64,000 nt of DNA from assembly GCA_002733355.1 (NCBI GenBank), contig NVVN01000004.1, forward strand, positions 1-64,000, given 5' to 3'. Origin of the DNA: Sulfurovum sp. (GTDB taxonomy: Bacteria; Campylobacterota; Campylobacteria; Campylobacterales; Sulfurovaceae). A model generated the notes under the pieces. The model searched no databases. It was not told the origin of the DNA and worked only from the letters and a program-made list of their open reading frames with translations. The translations under genes were made by a program, and so were the position numbers. Positions 1 to 8,772 of this stretch are shown here, in pieces (positions within the stretch are counted from its first letter, which is position 1; each line of letters starts with the position of its first letter).

Positions 1-462
<462 letters not shown>

Positions 463-655
463 TTATTCTTCTAATAGGTACTACCTTATTAAGTGCACAT
501 GCATATTAATTAAGAGAGAACTTCTTGTAAGATTGTAATTTACACAAAACAACATGAATCAACTCTAAATTGAACGTTTAGACTCTTAACAATACTAAGT
601 TTCTCAAAGCTTAATGCTTAGAGAGCTAATCACACATTGGTGTGCTTATCTCTCT

Positions 656-772
656 TAGTGGTGGGGTTAGAGGGAGGGTCATACCCAGCTCCATTCCGAA
701 CCTGGAAGTCAAGCCTCCCATCGCCGATAATACTGCAGGCTACGTCTGTGGAAATGTAGGTCGCTGCCACTT
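656..772 (+). rRNA. rrf: 5S rRNA
   Basis: About 117 nt with conserved CCATTCCGAAC..GAAGTCAAGC and GTAGGTCGCTGCCA; termini AGTGGTGG/CTGCCACT pair; about 190 nt downstream of 23S. Confidence 0.93.
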
Positions 773-1242
773 TGAGTTATACAACCCATACAATTTATTC
801 CCTTTCTTTATGCAACAATCAATCTATAATCTTGTTACCTTCAATTTAAAAATCTTTCTATCTTATCTCATATTTTTATTTACCATTATCTTTTACTCTT
901 TAACGCTACAGACGTATACGTATACTTTATGGTTAATCTATACTTAGGTTATATTAATATTCTATTGATACTTCTTTACTCTTTGTTAACTCTCATCCTT
1001 TATAATGGTATTAGAAAAGGTGACAGTTTTAGAACGTTGTTTTACTCCTTGTCCAAATTTAGTAAAAAAAACTTCCTTGTTTTTGTTCTGATTTTTCACC
1101 TTTTACAGAAGAGCCTCCCCCCCAATATCCCCCTAGATATTACTTCCTTGTTTTTTGGCTCTTCGATTTTCTTATAATTTTTAAAAACCTACTTAAACTA
1201 ACTTTACGATAAAATACTCCTAATAATCATTTAGGAACAACT

Positions 1243-2631
1243 ATGTCTAATAAAATAGCTTCGGCGCGTATCTCTGAAAAGAGTTCTCAACTGTTACAAA
1301 ATCTTAACAACTCATTGCCTTTTGATAAGGTGCTTTATAGAGAAGACATTGAAGGGTCGCGTGCACATGCGTTTATGCTTTGTGAGCAAGGTATCATAGG
1401 TAAAGACGACTACGCACAGATAGAGTCTGGTCTGGTTGAGATACTTGCAGAGATAGAGTCTGGAGAGTTTTTGCTAGATGGTGATGATGAAGACATTCAT
1501 ATGGCTATAGAAGGTAGATTAACGCAAAAGGTAGGTGATGCAGGTAAACGTCTGCATACTGCTAGAAGTCGTAATGACCAAGTAGCACTTGACTTTAGAC
1601 TCTACGTGCAGAGTAATACCAAAGCCATAGGTGAACTACTTTTAGAAAACATAGAGACACTTGTGACTGTGGCAGAAGAACATAGCGAAACAATGCTTCC
1701 TGGCATGACACACTTGCAACACGCACAGCCTATAAACTTCGGTTACCATATGTTAGCTTATGCGAGTATGTTTAAACGTGACTATGAGCGTTTTATGAGT
1801 TCTTATGAGCGTAATAACTACTCTCCTATAGGTTGTGCGGCATTGGCTGGTACACCACATAACATAAGCCGTCAAATCACTTCTGATAAGTTAGGTTTCA
1901 AAGCACCTACGCTTAACTGTCTAGACACAGTAAGTGACCGTGACTTTGCCTTGGAGATACTTTTTAACATAAGTACAATGATGATGCATATGAGTCGTTT
2001 GAGTGAAGAGCTCATCTTGTGGTCGGCAGCTGAGTTTAAGTGGGTGACACTCAGTGACCGTCATGCTACAGGTAGCTCCATNATGCCACAAAAGAAAAAC
2101 CCTGACATACCTGAATTACTACGTGGTAAAACAGGACGTGTGAATGGTAATCTAGTAGCACTTCTAACAGTGATGAAAGGTTTACCACTTGCCTACAACA
2201 AAGACATGCAAGAGGACAAAGAAGGAGTGTTTGACTCTGTTCGTACTGCGACACTGAGCTTGCAAGTACTAGAAGAGATGATAGCAGACATGACAGTAAA
2301 CAAAGATAAGATGGAAGCCTCATGTATGGTAGGACATTTGTCTGCTACAGACTTGGCTGACTATCTCGTAAAAGAGGCTGGACTTCCGTTTCGTGATGCC
2401 TATCACATTACTGGTGATGTTGTGAACTTAGCAGAAGAAAAAGGACTAGATATCTCTGAACTTAGCTTGGCTGACTTGCAGAGCATAGATGAGCGTATAG
2501 GTGAGGGTGTGGTCGCACTACTAGACAACCGTGCTTCGATGAATGCAAGGGTGTCTGAGGGTGGTACGGCTACTGTTAGGACTTTGGAGCAGGTTGAAGG
2601 GTTGAAGGGTTGGCTCCAATCTCAAAAGTAG
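1243..2631 (+). CDS. argH: argininosuccinate lyase
   Basis: [19 protein letters not shown], [12 protein letters not shown] fumarase/ASL signature, [17 protein letters not shown]. Confidence 0.98.
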   Translation: MSNKIASARISEKSSQLLQNLNNSLPFDKVLYREDIEGSRAHAFMLCEQGIIGKDDYAQIESGLVEILAEIESGEFLLDGDDEDIHMAIEGRLTQKVGDAGKRLHTARSRNDQVALDFRLYVQSNTKAIGELLLENIETLVTVAEEHSETMLPGMTHLQHAQPINFGYHMLAYASMFKRDYERFMSSYERNNYSPIGCAALAGTPHNISRQITSDKLGFKAPTLNCLDTVSDRDFALEILFNISTMMMHMSRLSEELILWSAAEFKWVTLSDRHATGSSXMPQKKNPDIPELLRGKTGRVNGNLVALLTVMKGLPLAYNKDMQEDKEGVFDSVRTATLSLQVLEEMIADMTVNKDKMEASCMVGHLSATDLADYLVKEAGLPFRDAYHITGDVVNLAEEKGLDISELSLADLQSIDERIGEGVVALLDNRASMNARVSEGGTATVRTLEQVEGLKGWLQSQK

Positions 2632-2638
2632 GTATAAT
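2610..2638 (+). promoter_or_regulatory. putative sigma70 promoter overlapping argH stop (TTGGCT-N17-TATAAT)
   Basis: TTGGCT 2610-2615, TATAAT 2633-2638, then AAGGA RBS and GTG at 2660. Confidence 0.6.
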
Positions 2639-2659
2639 ATCTTAATTAAAGGATTTGTT

Positions 2660-2887
2660 GTGCCGACTTTGTTGAATTGTAATGGGTTTAAATTCTTTTT
2701 TTATGCGAATGAACATGAACCCATACACATCCATGTCATGAATAGTGATGGTTTTGCTAAAATAGAACTTGATGATTTAAGAGTTGTACAAAATTACATG
2801 AAACCAAAAGATTTAAANTTTGCATTNAAGATGACAAAAGAACACAAAGAAGAGTTTGAAAGGATATGGAATGAATGGTTTAATTAA
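2660..2887 (+). CDS. DUF4160-family small protein (putative toxin-antitoxin component)
   Basis: MPT...GFKFFFYANEHEPIHIHV...AKI...WNEWF pattern typical of DUF4160; overlaps next gene. Confidence 0.8.
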   Translation: MPTLLNCNGFKFFFYANEHEPIHIHVMNSDGFAKIELDDLRVVQNYMKPKDLXFAXKMTKEHKEEFERIWNEWFN

Positions 2888-3113
2888 GGGAAATGAAGTA
2901 CATTTTGATGATAAGTATTNACATGTAAAACTTGATGATGAAAGAATCATATCTACACCTATTTCTTGGTATAAGCCTTTAGAAAATGCTACATTGACTC
3001 AACTTAAAAACTATAGGTTTATCTGTATGGGTACTGGGATAGAGTGGGAAGAGTTGGATTATCATTTAAGTATAGAGAGTATGTTGTCTGTGTCTGAAGA
3101 GCAAGTAGCTTAA
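2871..3113 (+). CDS. DUF2442-family protein (partner of DUF4160)
   Basis: V.LDDERIIS.PISWY..L.NAT..QL.NY....GTGIEWEELDYHLSIE pattern; ATG at 2871 after AAGGA. Confidence 0.8.
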   Translation: MNGLIKGNEVHFDDKYXHVKLDDERIISTPISWYKPLENATLTQLKNYRFICMGTGIEWEELDYHLSIESMLSVSEEQVA

Positions 3114-3120
3114 TAATAAC

Positions 3121-3351
3121 GTGAAAAAAATAATTGTCATTCTTTTCTTCATAGTATTATCGGTTACAGTAGTATTTGCTAAGAAAAATGAATCAAAAAA
3201 GCCTACAAAATTCAAATGTGATAAAAGTAAATATTGTAAACACATGAGTTCTTGTGAAGAAGCAAAGTTTTTACTGAATCAGTGTGGAATGAAGAGACTT
3301 GATAGAGATAAAGATGGAGTGCCTTGTGAGAATATTTGTAGTGGTGGGTAA
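3121..3351 (+). CDS. secreted excalibur calcium-binding domain protein
   Basis: Signal peptide, then C..YCKHMSSCEEA...C....LDRDKDGVPCE (DxDxDGxxCE). Confidence 0.85.
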   Translation: MKKIIVILFFIVLSVTVVFAKKNESKKPTKFKCDKSKYCKHMSSCEEAKFLLNQCGMKRLDRDKDGVPCENICSGG

Positions 3352-3374
3352 AAGTAGCTTGTACCCATTATTTA

Positions 3375-3615
3375 CGTGATGCCTACCACATCACAGGGGG
3401 ACGCAGTTAACTTAGCTGAGCAAAAATGTTTAGACATCTCTGAACTTAGCTTGGCTGACTTGCAGAGTATAGATGAGCGTATAGGTGAGGGTGTGGTCGC
3501 ATTGCTTGATAACCGTGCTTCGATGAATGCAAGGGTGTCTGAGGGTGGTACGGCTACTGTTAGGACTTTGGAGCAGGTGGAGAGTTTGAAGGTTTGGCTA
3601 AGCAAACAAAACTAG
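3375..3615 (+). pseudogene. argH: duplicated argH 3' end (copy of 2392-2631, +1 frameshift near its 5' end)
   Basis: Direct alignment to 2392-2631; 3511-3578 is identical to 2527-2594; mostly synonymous differences in the first ~20 codons. Confidence 0.95.
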
Positions 3616-3622
3616 CTATAAT
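3594..3622 (+). promoter_or_regulatory. putative sigma70 promoter in second argH tail (TTGGCT-N17-TATAAT)
   Basis: TTGGCT 3594-3599, TATAAT 3617-3622, then AAGGAG RBS and GTG at 3643. Confidence 0.6.
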
Positions 3623-3642
3623 AAATGAAAAAAGGAGCATAG

Positions 3643-4062
3643 GTGTATTTGAGTCTTAAAGATAAACAATTAATCGTTACTACTTTAAAACAAGAGATAC
3701 CTATGCTTCAAGCACTTTACCTTTTTGGTAGTCAGAAAGATGGGAGCGCAACTGTTTCTAGTGATATTGACATTGCTTACCTTGCGACAAAGCCTTTAGC
3801 CAATGTAGAGCGTTGGGAGCTTTCTCAACAGTTGGCTTCTTTACTTTCGTGTGATATTGACCTTATAGAACTAACTCAAACCAATACTATTTTTAGATAT
3901 GAGATACTCTCGACAGCAGAACGTATATATGGAGAGGGCTATGAGGTAGAAAGTTTTGAGACTTTAGCATATAGTTTTTACCTACGTTTTAAAGAGGAAC
4001 GTAAGCCTATAGTGGATGCTATTATGAAAAACAAATCTGTTTTTGGGAAAATACATGCCTGA
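3643..4062 (+). CDS. mntA: minimal nucleotidyltransferase antitoxin (type VII TA, MntA family)
   Basis: LYLFGS-x10-DID motif (GSQKDGSATVSSDID); overlaps the HEPN gene. Confidence 0.88.
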   Translation: MYLSLKDKQLIVTTLKQEIPMLQALYLFGSQKDGSATVSSDIDIAYLATKPLANVERWELSQQLASLLSCDIDLIELTQTNTIFRYEILSTAERIYGEGYEVESFETLAYSFYLRFKEERKPIVDAIMKNKSVFGKIHA

Positions 4063-4474
4063 TGTGGTGTTAAATAAAATTCAGACTATTGAGAGATGTC
4101 TGAATCGTATACGAGAAGAGTACATAGGGTATGAAGAAAGTTTCGAAGAGAACTTTACAAAGCAAGATTCTGTCATACTGAACTTAGAACGTGCGTCACA
4201 AGCGACGATAGACATCGCAACACATATAGTAAAAACTAGAAGTCTAGGACTACCCAATACTAGCCGTGAACTTTTTGATTTTCTTTTAGATGCTAACATT
4301 ATAAGTAGTGAGACTTGTAAGCAGATGCAAGGGATGGTAGGTTTTAGAAATATAGCTGTGCATGATTATCAGAATTTGAATATTGAGATTGTTGTGGCAA
4401 TTGTGGAGAAACACCTTGGAGATTTTGAAAGGTTTATTCAAGAGATTTTTAGTGGGTATTTGGATGAAAAGTAG
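4055..4474 (+). CDS. hepT: HEPN RNase toxin (DUF86/HepT family)
   Basis: GFRNIAVHDY matches RX4HXY HEPN motif; QDSVILNLERASQATID; coupled to MNT gene. Confidence 0.88.
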   Translation: MPDVVLNKIQTIERCLNRIREEYIGYEESFEENFTKQDSVILNLERASQATIDIATHIVKTRSLGLPNTSRELFDFLLDANIISSETCKQMQGMVGFRNIAVHDYQNLNIEIVVAIVEKHLGDFERFIQEIFSGYLDEK

Positions 4475-4502
4475 CCTGTCCTCTTTTATTTCTTTTTTAT
4501 TG

Positions 4503-4544
4503 TTGGAGCAGATGGAGAGTTTGAAGGTTTGGTTGGGGAAATAA
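4503..4544 (+). repeat. third, short argH 3'-end remnant (LEQMESLKVWLGK*)
   Basis: 4503-4532 matches 3568-3597 at 29 of 30 nt and still ends in frame at a stop codon. Confidence 0.85.
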
Positions 4545-4560
4545 TAATTGAGTAATACTT

Positions 4561-5691
4561 ATGCCAAAAAATGAAAAAAAATTAAATGTATTTGTCGCAT
4601 CACCTTCTGATGTAATGGATGAACGTAACTTAATTAATGAAATATGTATTGAATTAAATAGAGTATGGGGTGACTGGTTAGGATTAAATCTAAATCTTAT
4701 TCGATGGGAAACTAATATNTATCCAGGAGTTTCTGAATATTCTCAAAATGTTATCAATGAGCAAATAAATGATGATTTTGACATATTTATTGCAATGTTT
4801 TGGAATAGATTTGGCACACAAACAAAAAAGTCCAAATCTGGCACCCTAGAAGAGTTGAATTTAGCTTTTAGTAAATTTAAAAATCAAAATGATTCCGTAG
4901 ATATAATGATTTATTTTAAAAAACAACTTTTAGAATATGAAGATAAAGTACAGCAAGAAAAAGTATTGGATTTAAAACATAATCTTTCAAAAGAAGGTAC
5001 TCTATATTGGGAGTTTCAAGAGACAAAAGATTTTGAATCATTAATGAGAATACATTTGAGTATGGTGGCTCAAAAATGGGCAAAAAAATATTTATCTGAT
5101 AATACAAACAAATCATATAAAGATATTTTACTAGATGATTTAAATTTAGAAGACTATTATAGTATTGTCTCATCACGTACAAAAGTTTTGCAAACACTTA
5201 CTTTGAATATAGCAACGATATATAAATTTAATATTGATGGAGCTAAATTATTTAGTAAACAAATAAAAAAACTTCTTAATGAAAAGAATATACTTATAAA
5301 ACAATTTAAGCTTTTACGAGTTACAAAGATATATTTAATGAATATGGAGGATACAGTAAATATTATCGATTCTCAAATTGCACCTATTTCTCATGCAAGG
5401 GGTGTATTGTTTGAGACACTAAGTAAAATTATATCTTTGGAAATAGGTTTGAAATTTAACGAAAGAATTACTACGCTTAAAAGCGTTATCAATAATTTAA
5501 ATAATGTACATATAGATGCAAGTAATAAAATGAAAGACACCATAAATAGTTTGAGTAATAATTCATATTTAAAAAATAATCTAACTAATCAAAAGATGAT
5601 TAGAGTTTTAGAAAAATATAAAAGCGAACTTGATAAATTTATAAATCTTTCAACTCCTTTATTGGAATTACTTAATGAATTGGAAAGCTGA
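4561..5691 (+). CDS. DUF4062-like (TIR/NDT-like fold) N-terminal domain with helical C-terminus; candidate defence protein
   Basis: VFVASPSDV..ER...RWE...PG....Q..IN......DIFI...W.RFGT.T....SGT.EE pattern; very AT-rich. Confidence 0.7.
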   Translation: MPKNEKKLNVFVASPSDVMDERNLINEICIELNRVWGDWLGLNLNLIRWETNXYPGVSEYSQNVINEQINDDFDIFIAMFWNRFGTQTKKSKSGTLEELNLAFSKFKNQNDSVDIMIYFKKQLLEYEDKVQQEKVLDLKHNLSKEGTLYWEFQETKDFESLMRIHLSMVAQKWAKKYLSDNTNKSYKDILLDDLNLEDYYSIVSSRTKVLQTLTLNIATIYKFNIDGAKLFSKQIKKLLNEKNILIKQFKLLRVTKIYLMNMEDTVNIIDSQIAPISHARGVLFETLSKIISLEIGLKFNERITTLKSVINNLNNVHIDASNKMKDTINSLSNNSYLKNNLTNQKMIRVLEKYKSELDKFINLSTPLLELLNELES

Positions 5692-5702
5692 TGTATTTTA
5701 GA

Positions 5703-5736
5703 TTGTTCCAAGGTTATAAAATGTGGGAATGCATAC
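5703..5736 (-). repeat. degenerate palindromic REP-like element (GTATGCATTCCCAC...GGAACAA)
   Basis: Imperfect hairpin TTCC(A)..GTGGGAA with ATGCATAC tail; resembles, from recall, the GTATGCATTCCCACGC..GCGTGGGAAC REP family. Confidence 0.4.
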
Positions 5737-5787
5737 GTCAATTTAAACTTTAAATATAATTTCAATTTTTTTCAATATTCAATATTA

Positions 5788-5813
5788 AAGGTGCGTTGGC
5801 AAACGCACCCTAC
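5788..5813 (-). repeat. GTAG-family REP 1
   Basis: Minus strand GTAG GGTGCGTT TGCC AACGCACC TT: GTAG tetranucleotide plus palindrome. Confidence 0.88.
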
Positions 5814-5854
5814 GGGGTTGGTATTTTTTTCAATTTGTTTTTTTGAATAAGCTT

Positions 5855-5882
5855 GTAGGGTGCTGTTTGCTAGCGCACCTTT
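5855..5882 (+). repeat. GTAG-family REP 2 (degenerate)
   Basis: GTAGGGTGCTGTTTGCTAGCGCACCTTT. Confidence 0.82.
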
Positions 5883-5974
5883 AACTCACAACTACCGATA
5901 GATCTGAACACAAAATAAAAATGACAATGTGCCATATTTTCACTTCTCATTTAAATTCTACGCTACACTTCAAA

Positions 5975-6421
5975 ATGGCAAAATACAAAAGACTCTTTTT
6001 GGCTGAACACAGCTATTACATTACTGTGGCTACACACAAACGACAGCCACTACTTGTAGATAACATTGAACTACTCCGAGAAAGCTTTCGTGAAAGTAAA
6101 CGGTATTTTACTTATAGCATAGATGCCATTGTAGTCATGCCTGACCATATACATATGATAATTACCCCTAAAGATGTGATGGATTACCCTAAAATCATTA
6201 GAGCTATAAAATATAACTTCTCACGACATTTTCATCTAGAAGAAGAACAATCATACAGTAGGTATAAACGAAAAATAAAACCTATTTGGCAGAAGCGATA
6301 CTATGAGCATACGATACGTAATGAGAACGATTATGTACGATGTTTGGAATATATGCAAAATAATCTGCTAAAACATGGCTATGTAGATAATGGCGAAGTA
6401 TGGGAATACATGTCTCTGTAG
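5975..6421 (+). mobile_element. rayT: REP-associated tyrosine transposase (RAYT, Y1 HUH family)
   Basis: YYITV, VVMPDHIHMI (HUH), IWQKRYYEHTIRNE.DY....EY...N...HG (catalytic Tyr); flanked by four GTAG REPs; start taken at ATG 5975. Confidence 0.92.
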
Positions 6422-6511
6422 GGTGCGGTTGCCACAGCACCTTTAAATTCAATATGCAATAGAATCTTTTTTTCATCCAAATATTAAGGTGCGGTGGCAA
6501 CCGCACCCTAC
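6418..6511. repeat. REPIN-like doublet: REP 3 (+, 6418-6444) and REP 4 (-, 6486-6511)
   Basis: GTAGGGTGCGGTTGCCACAGCACCTT ... AAGGTGCGGTGGCAACCGCACCCTAC as an inverted pair; the RAYT stop TAG lies inside the GTAG of REP 3. Confidence 0.88.
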
Positions 6512-6607
6512 GAGATATTACGTTAAGCAACAGTGATATTAAAGACTTCATAAGTATTTATTGATATAGTAATATTATTAGAAAAAATGATGAGAGAGGT
6601 ATGTAGT

Positions 6608-7174
6608 ATGGCAGGTGGAGAAAATAGACGTATAATGGAAATGCAATTTGAGGCNATGAAAGATGAGCATGGAGTTAAAAAAGATGATGATGCTCCTAAA
6701 AAACCTAAACCGAGTAACCATAGAAGTGAAAACAGTCGAAAAATCGCAGCATTGTATGAAGATGCAGCTGAGTATGAAGAAGAGCTAGAGGCTTTTGAAA
6801 AAGAGCTTGAAATCATTAATGAAAATCAACTCTCAGATNNTTTGGATGCCTTGGTTAAAAGTACGCCAGAGTATGATGGCGATTATGCTGTGGAATTAAG
6901 GGCTGTACTAGAAGCTGGTTGGACACAGAAGGTTGATGTAGATAAAACCCATCCCAAAGAAGAGTTAGAACTTATTAAAAAATCAGCATTTAATGATGTA
7001 ATTGAAAAGCTTAATGAAGAAGATGTCAGAGATACCTTGGTGAAAAGATGGGAAATGCTTGTGGCTATAAAAAAAGAGCACGTGGCTGATGAACGTGCAG
7101 AGATGAAGCTACGTGGTATGAAGCCAGACCATATACGTAAAGTATATAGAAACTACCATGGACTTGATGACTAG
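6608..7174 (+). CDS. hypothetical acidic helical protein
   Basis: Long ORF with host-like codon usage and GAGAGG RBS before ATG 6608. Confidence 0.75.
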   Translation: MAGGENRRIMEMQFEXMKDEHGVKKDDDAPKKPKPSNHRSENSRKIAALYEDAAEYEEELEAFEKELEIINENQLSDXLDALVKSTPEYDGDYAVELRAVLEAGWTQKVDVDKTHPKEELELIKKSAFNDVIEKLNEEDVRDTLVKRWEMLVAIKKEHVADERAEMKLRGMKPDHIRKVYRNYHGLDD

Positions 7175-7184
7175 GTATCTCCTA

Positions 7185-8626
7185 CTACGAAGAGCATGAG
7201 AGAGTGAGATTTTTGTACTCTTCTGGTGTGTCACCTGCAAAATGTTCGAACTCTGGAAGTTCGTCAAAAGGGTGTGTGGCTATGTGTAGTAAGGTTTCTA
7301 CCATCGTAAAGTTTCCTTGTCTTGCAAGGAAGGTTGCTTTTTCAAGCATATAGTTTTTTAAAACATACTTTGGGTTGATCTTTAGAAGAGCATCTTGACG
7401 CTGGGTTTGGGTACGCGTTTCCTTTGATAAGCGAGCATCATACAGATTGAGCCATTTGTCTATGGGTACTGGATTCATGGCAAGTTCAAGGAGAGGCATT
7501 CTTTCACCGTCATAACGACTTAGTGTTCGAAAGAAAAGCGTATAGTCCACATAAGCGTCTTGTAGTGTACCTACTAGATTTGAGATAAGTGTCATGTCTT
7601 CATTTAGCTCCAAAGTCAATCCAAGTTTTTGACGCATGACATCTATGTATGCATTAGGATAAATGAAATCTCCATAATCATCAAGTTTTTTTTGCATTTT
7701 CTCTTCGTCGATAAGAGGAGAAAGTGCCTTAGAAAGCATAGTAAGGTTCCAGTAGGAAATGTTGGGCTGTTCACCATAGGCGTATCGTCCAGCTTTATCT
7801 GTTGCATTACATACAAAGCCGTAATCAAAATCATCCAACATAGAAAAAGGACCATAATCTATGGTGAGACCTGCTATAGACATATTGTCAGTATTCATCA
7901 CTCCGTGGCAAAACCCTAGACCTTGCCACTTGGAAATAAGCTGTGCTGTGCGTTCANTANCNNCNNNNAAAANCNCANNNNNNCGNNTCNTCNCNATNNN
8001 GNANNTNNNGGNAANNNCTCANNNANNNNNTANTCGNCAANTGACTTTAGTTTATCAAACTCTTTAAGGTAATAAAAGTATTCGAATGTACCAAAACGCA
8101 CCCATGAGGGTGACATACGCATGACGATTGCTCCACGTTCTATGTTGTTTCGTAATAGTTTTGTTTGTGAACCTATGATGCCAAGAGCACGTGTGCTAGG
8201 AACGCCCAGATGGTGCATGGCTTCGCTCATGAGATACTCTCTTATGGAAGAGGGTAGCGCGGCACGACCATCTGCAGTACGTGAATAAAGTGTTTCACCA
8301 CTCCCTTTAGTCTGTAAGTGCCAGCTATTAATACTTCCTAGATTGTGTGCTCTACCATCTCCTAGACGTGGGGCGTAATGGCTGAACTGATGTCCAGCAT
8401 AGCACATAGAAAAAGGACGCACCCCTTTAGGTAAAAAGGTGCCGTTAAGCAGGTCTATAAAACGAGGGTCATCTCCGCTGTTGTCATCAAGGTCGATGAG
8501 TTTTGCTGTCTTGGGGTTAAAGCTTATCAGGTATGGCTCATCAAGAGGTTCAGGCTCTGTCATATCATAAAATTCGCTATCTAGCGAAAGATATTTGCTT
8601 TGAAATTGTAGGTTATCAAGTGTCAT
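7185..8626 (-). CDS. selO: protein adenylyltransferase SelO (YdiU); reading frame broken in an N-rich stretch
   Basis: YAGHQF, LGDGRA, KGSG.T.YSR..DGRA, REYLMSEAM, GFCHGVMNTDNMSI, DYGPF, C-terminal SCSS; frame change falls in Ns at about 7958-8041. Confidence 0.9.
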
Positions 8627-8772
8627 AGAGATGTTTTACATGTTTTATGCTTAAGTTCAGATAATCATTGACTTCTTCAATGTTTTTTTCTTTAGCAATT
8701 TTTCGTATATATTCTCACCCAAGAGGGTAAACTAAAAGACTCATCTTTATTTTGAAAATGTACCTCATTACG

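Noticed and set aside
642..1177. ORFs 642-947 and 929-1177
   Set aside because: They overlap the 5S rRNA and a low-complexity T-rich trailer; no RBS or recognisable domain.
3375..3615. argH tail as attR of a prophage or ICE
   Set aside because: No integrase, phage or conjugation genes; enclosed segments are under 1 kb.
5788..6511. Palindromic repeats as a CRISPR array or attC sites
   Set aside because: Mixed orientations, irregular spacing, no cas or intI; the GTAG-plus-hairpin form and adjacent RAYT identify them as REPs.
7958..8041. Apparent selO frameshift or pseudogene
   Set aside because: The frame change lies inside a run of Ns and all motifs on both sides are intact; most likely an assembly artefact.
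8640..8772. Possible decayed gene fragment on the minus strand between dsbA-like gene and selO (EVHFQNKDESFSLPSW...)
   Set aside because: Too short and frameshifted to assign without a search.
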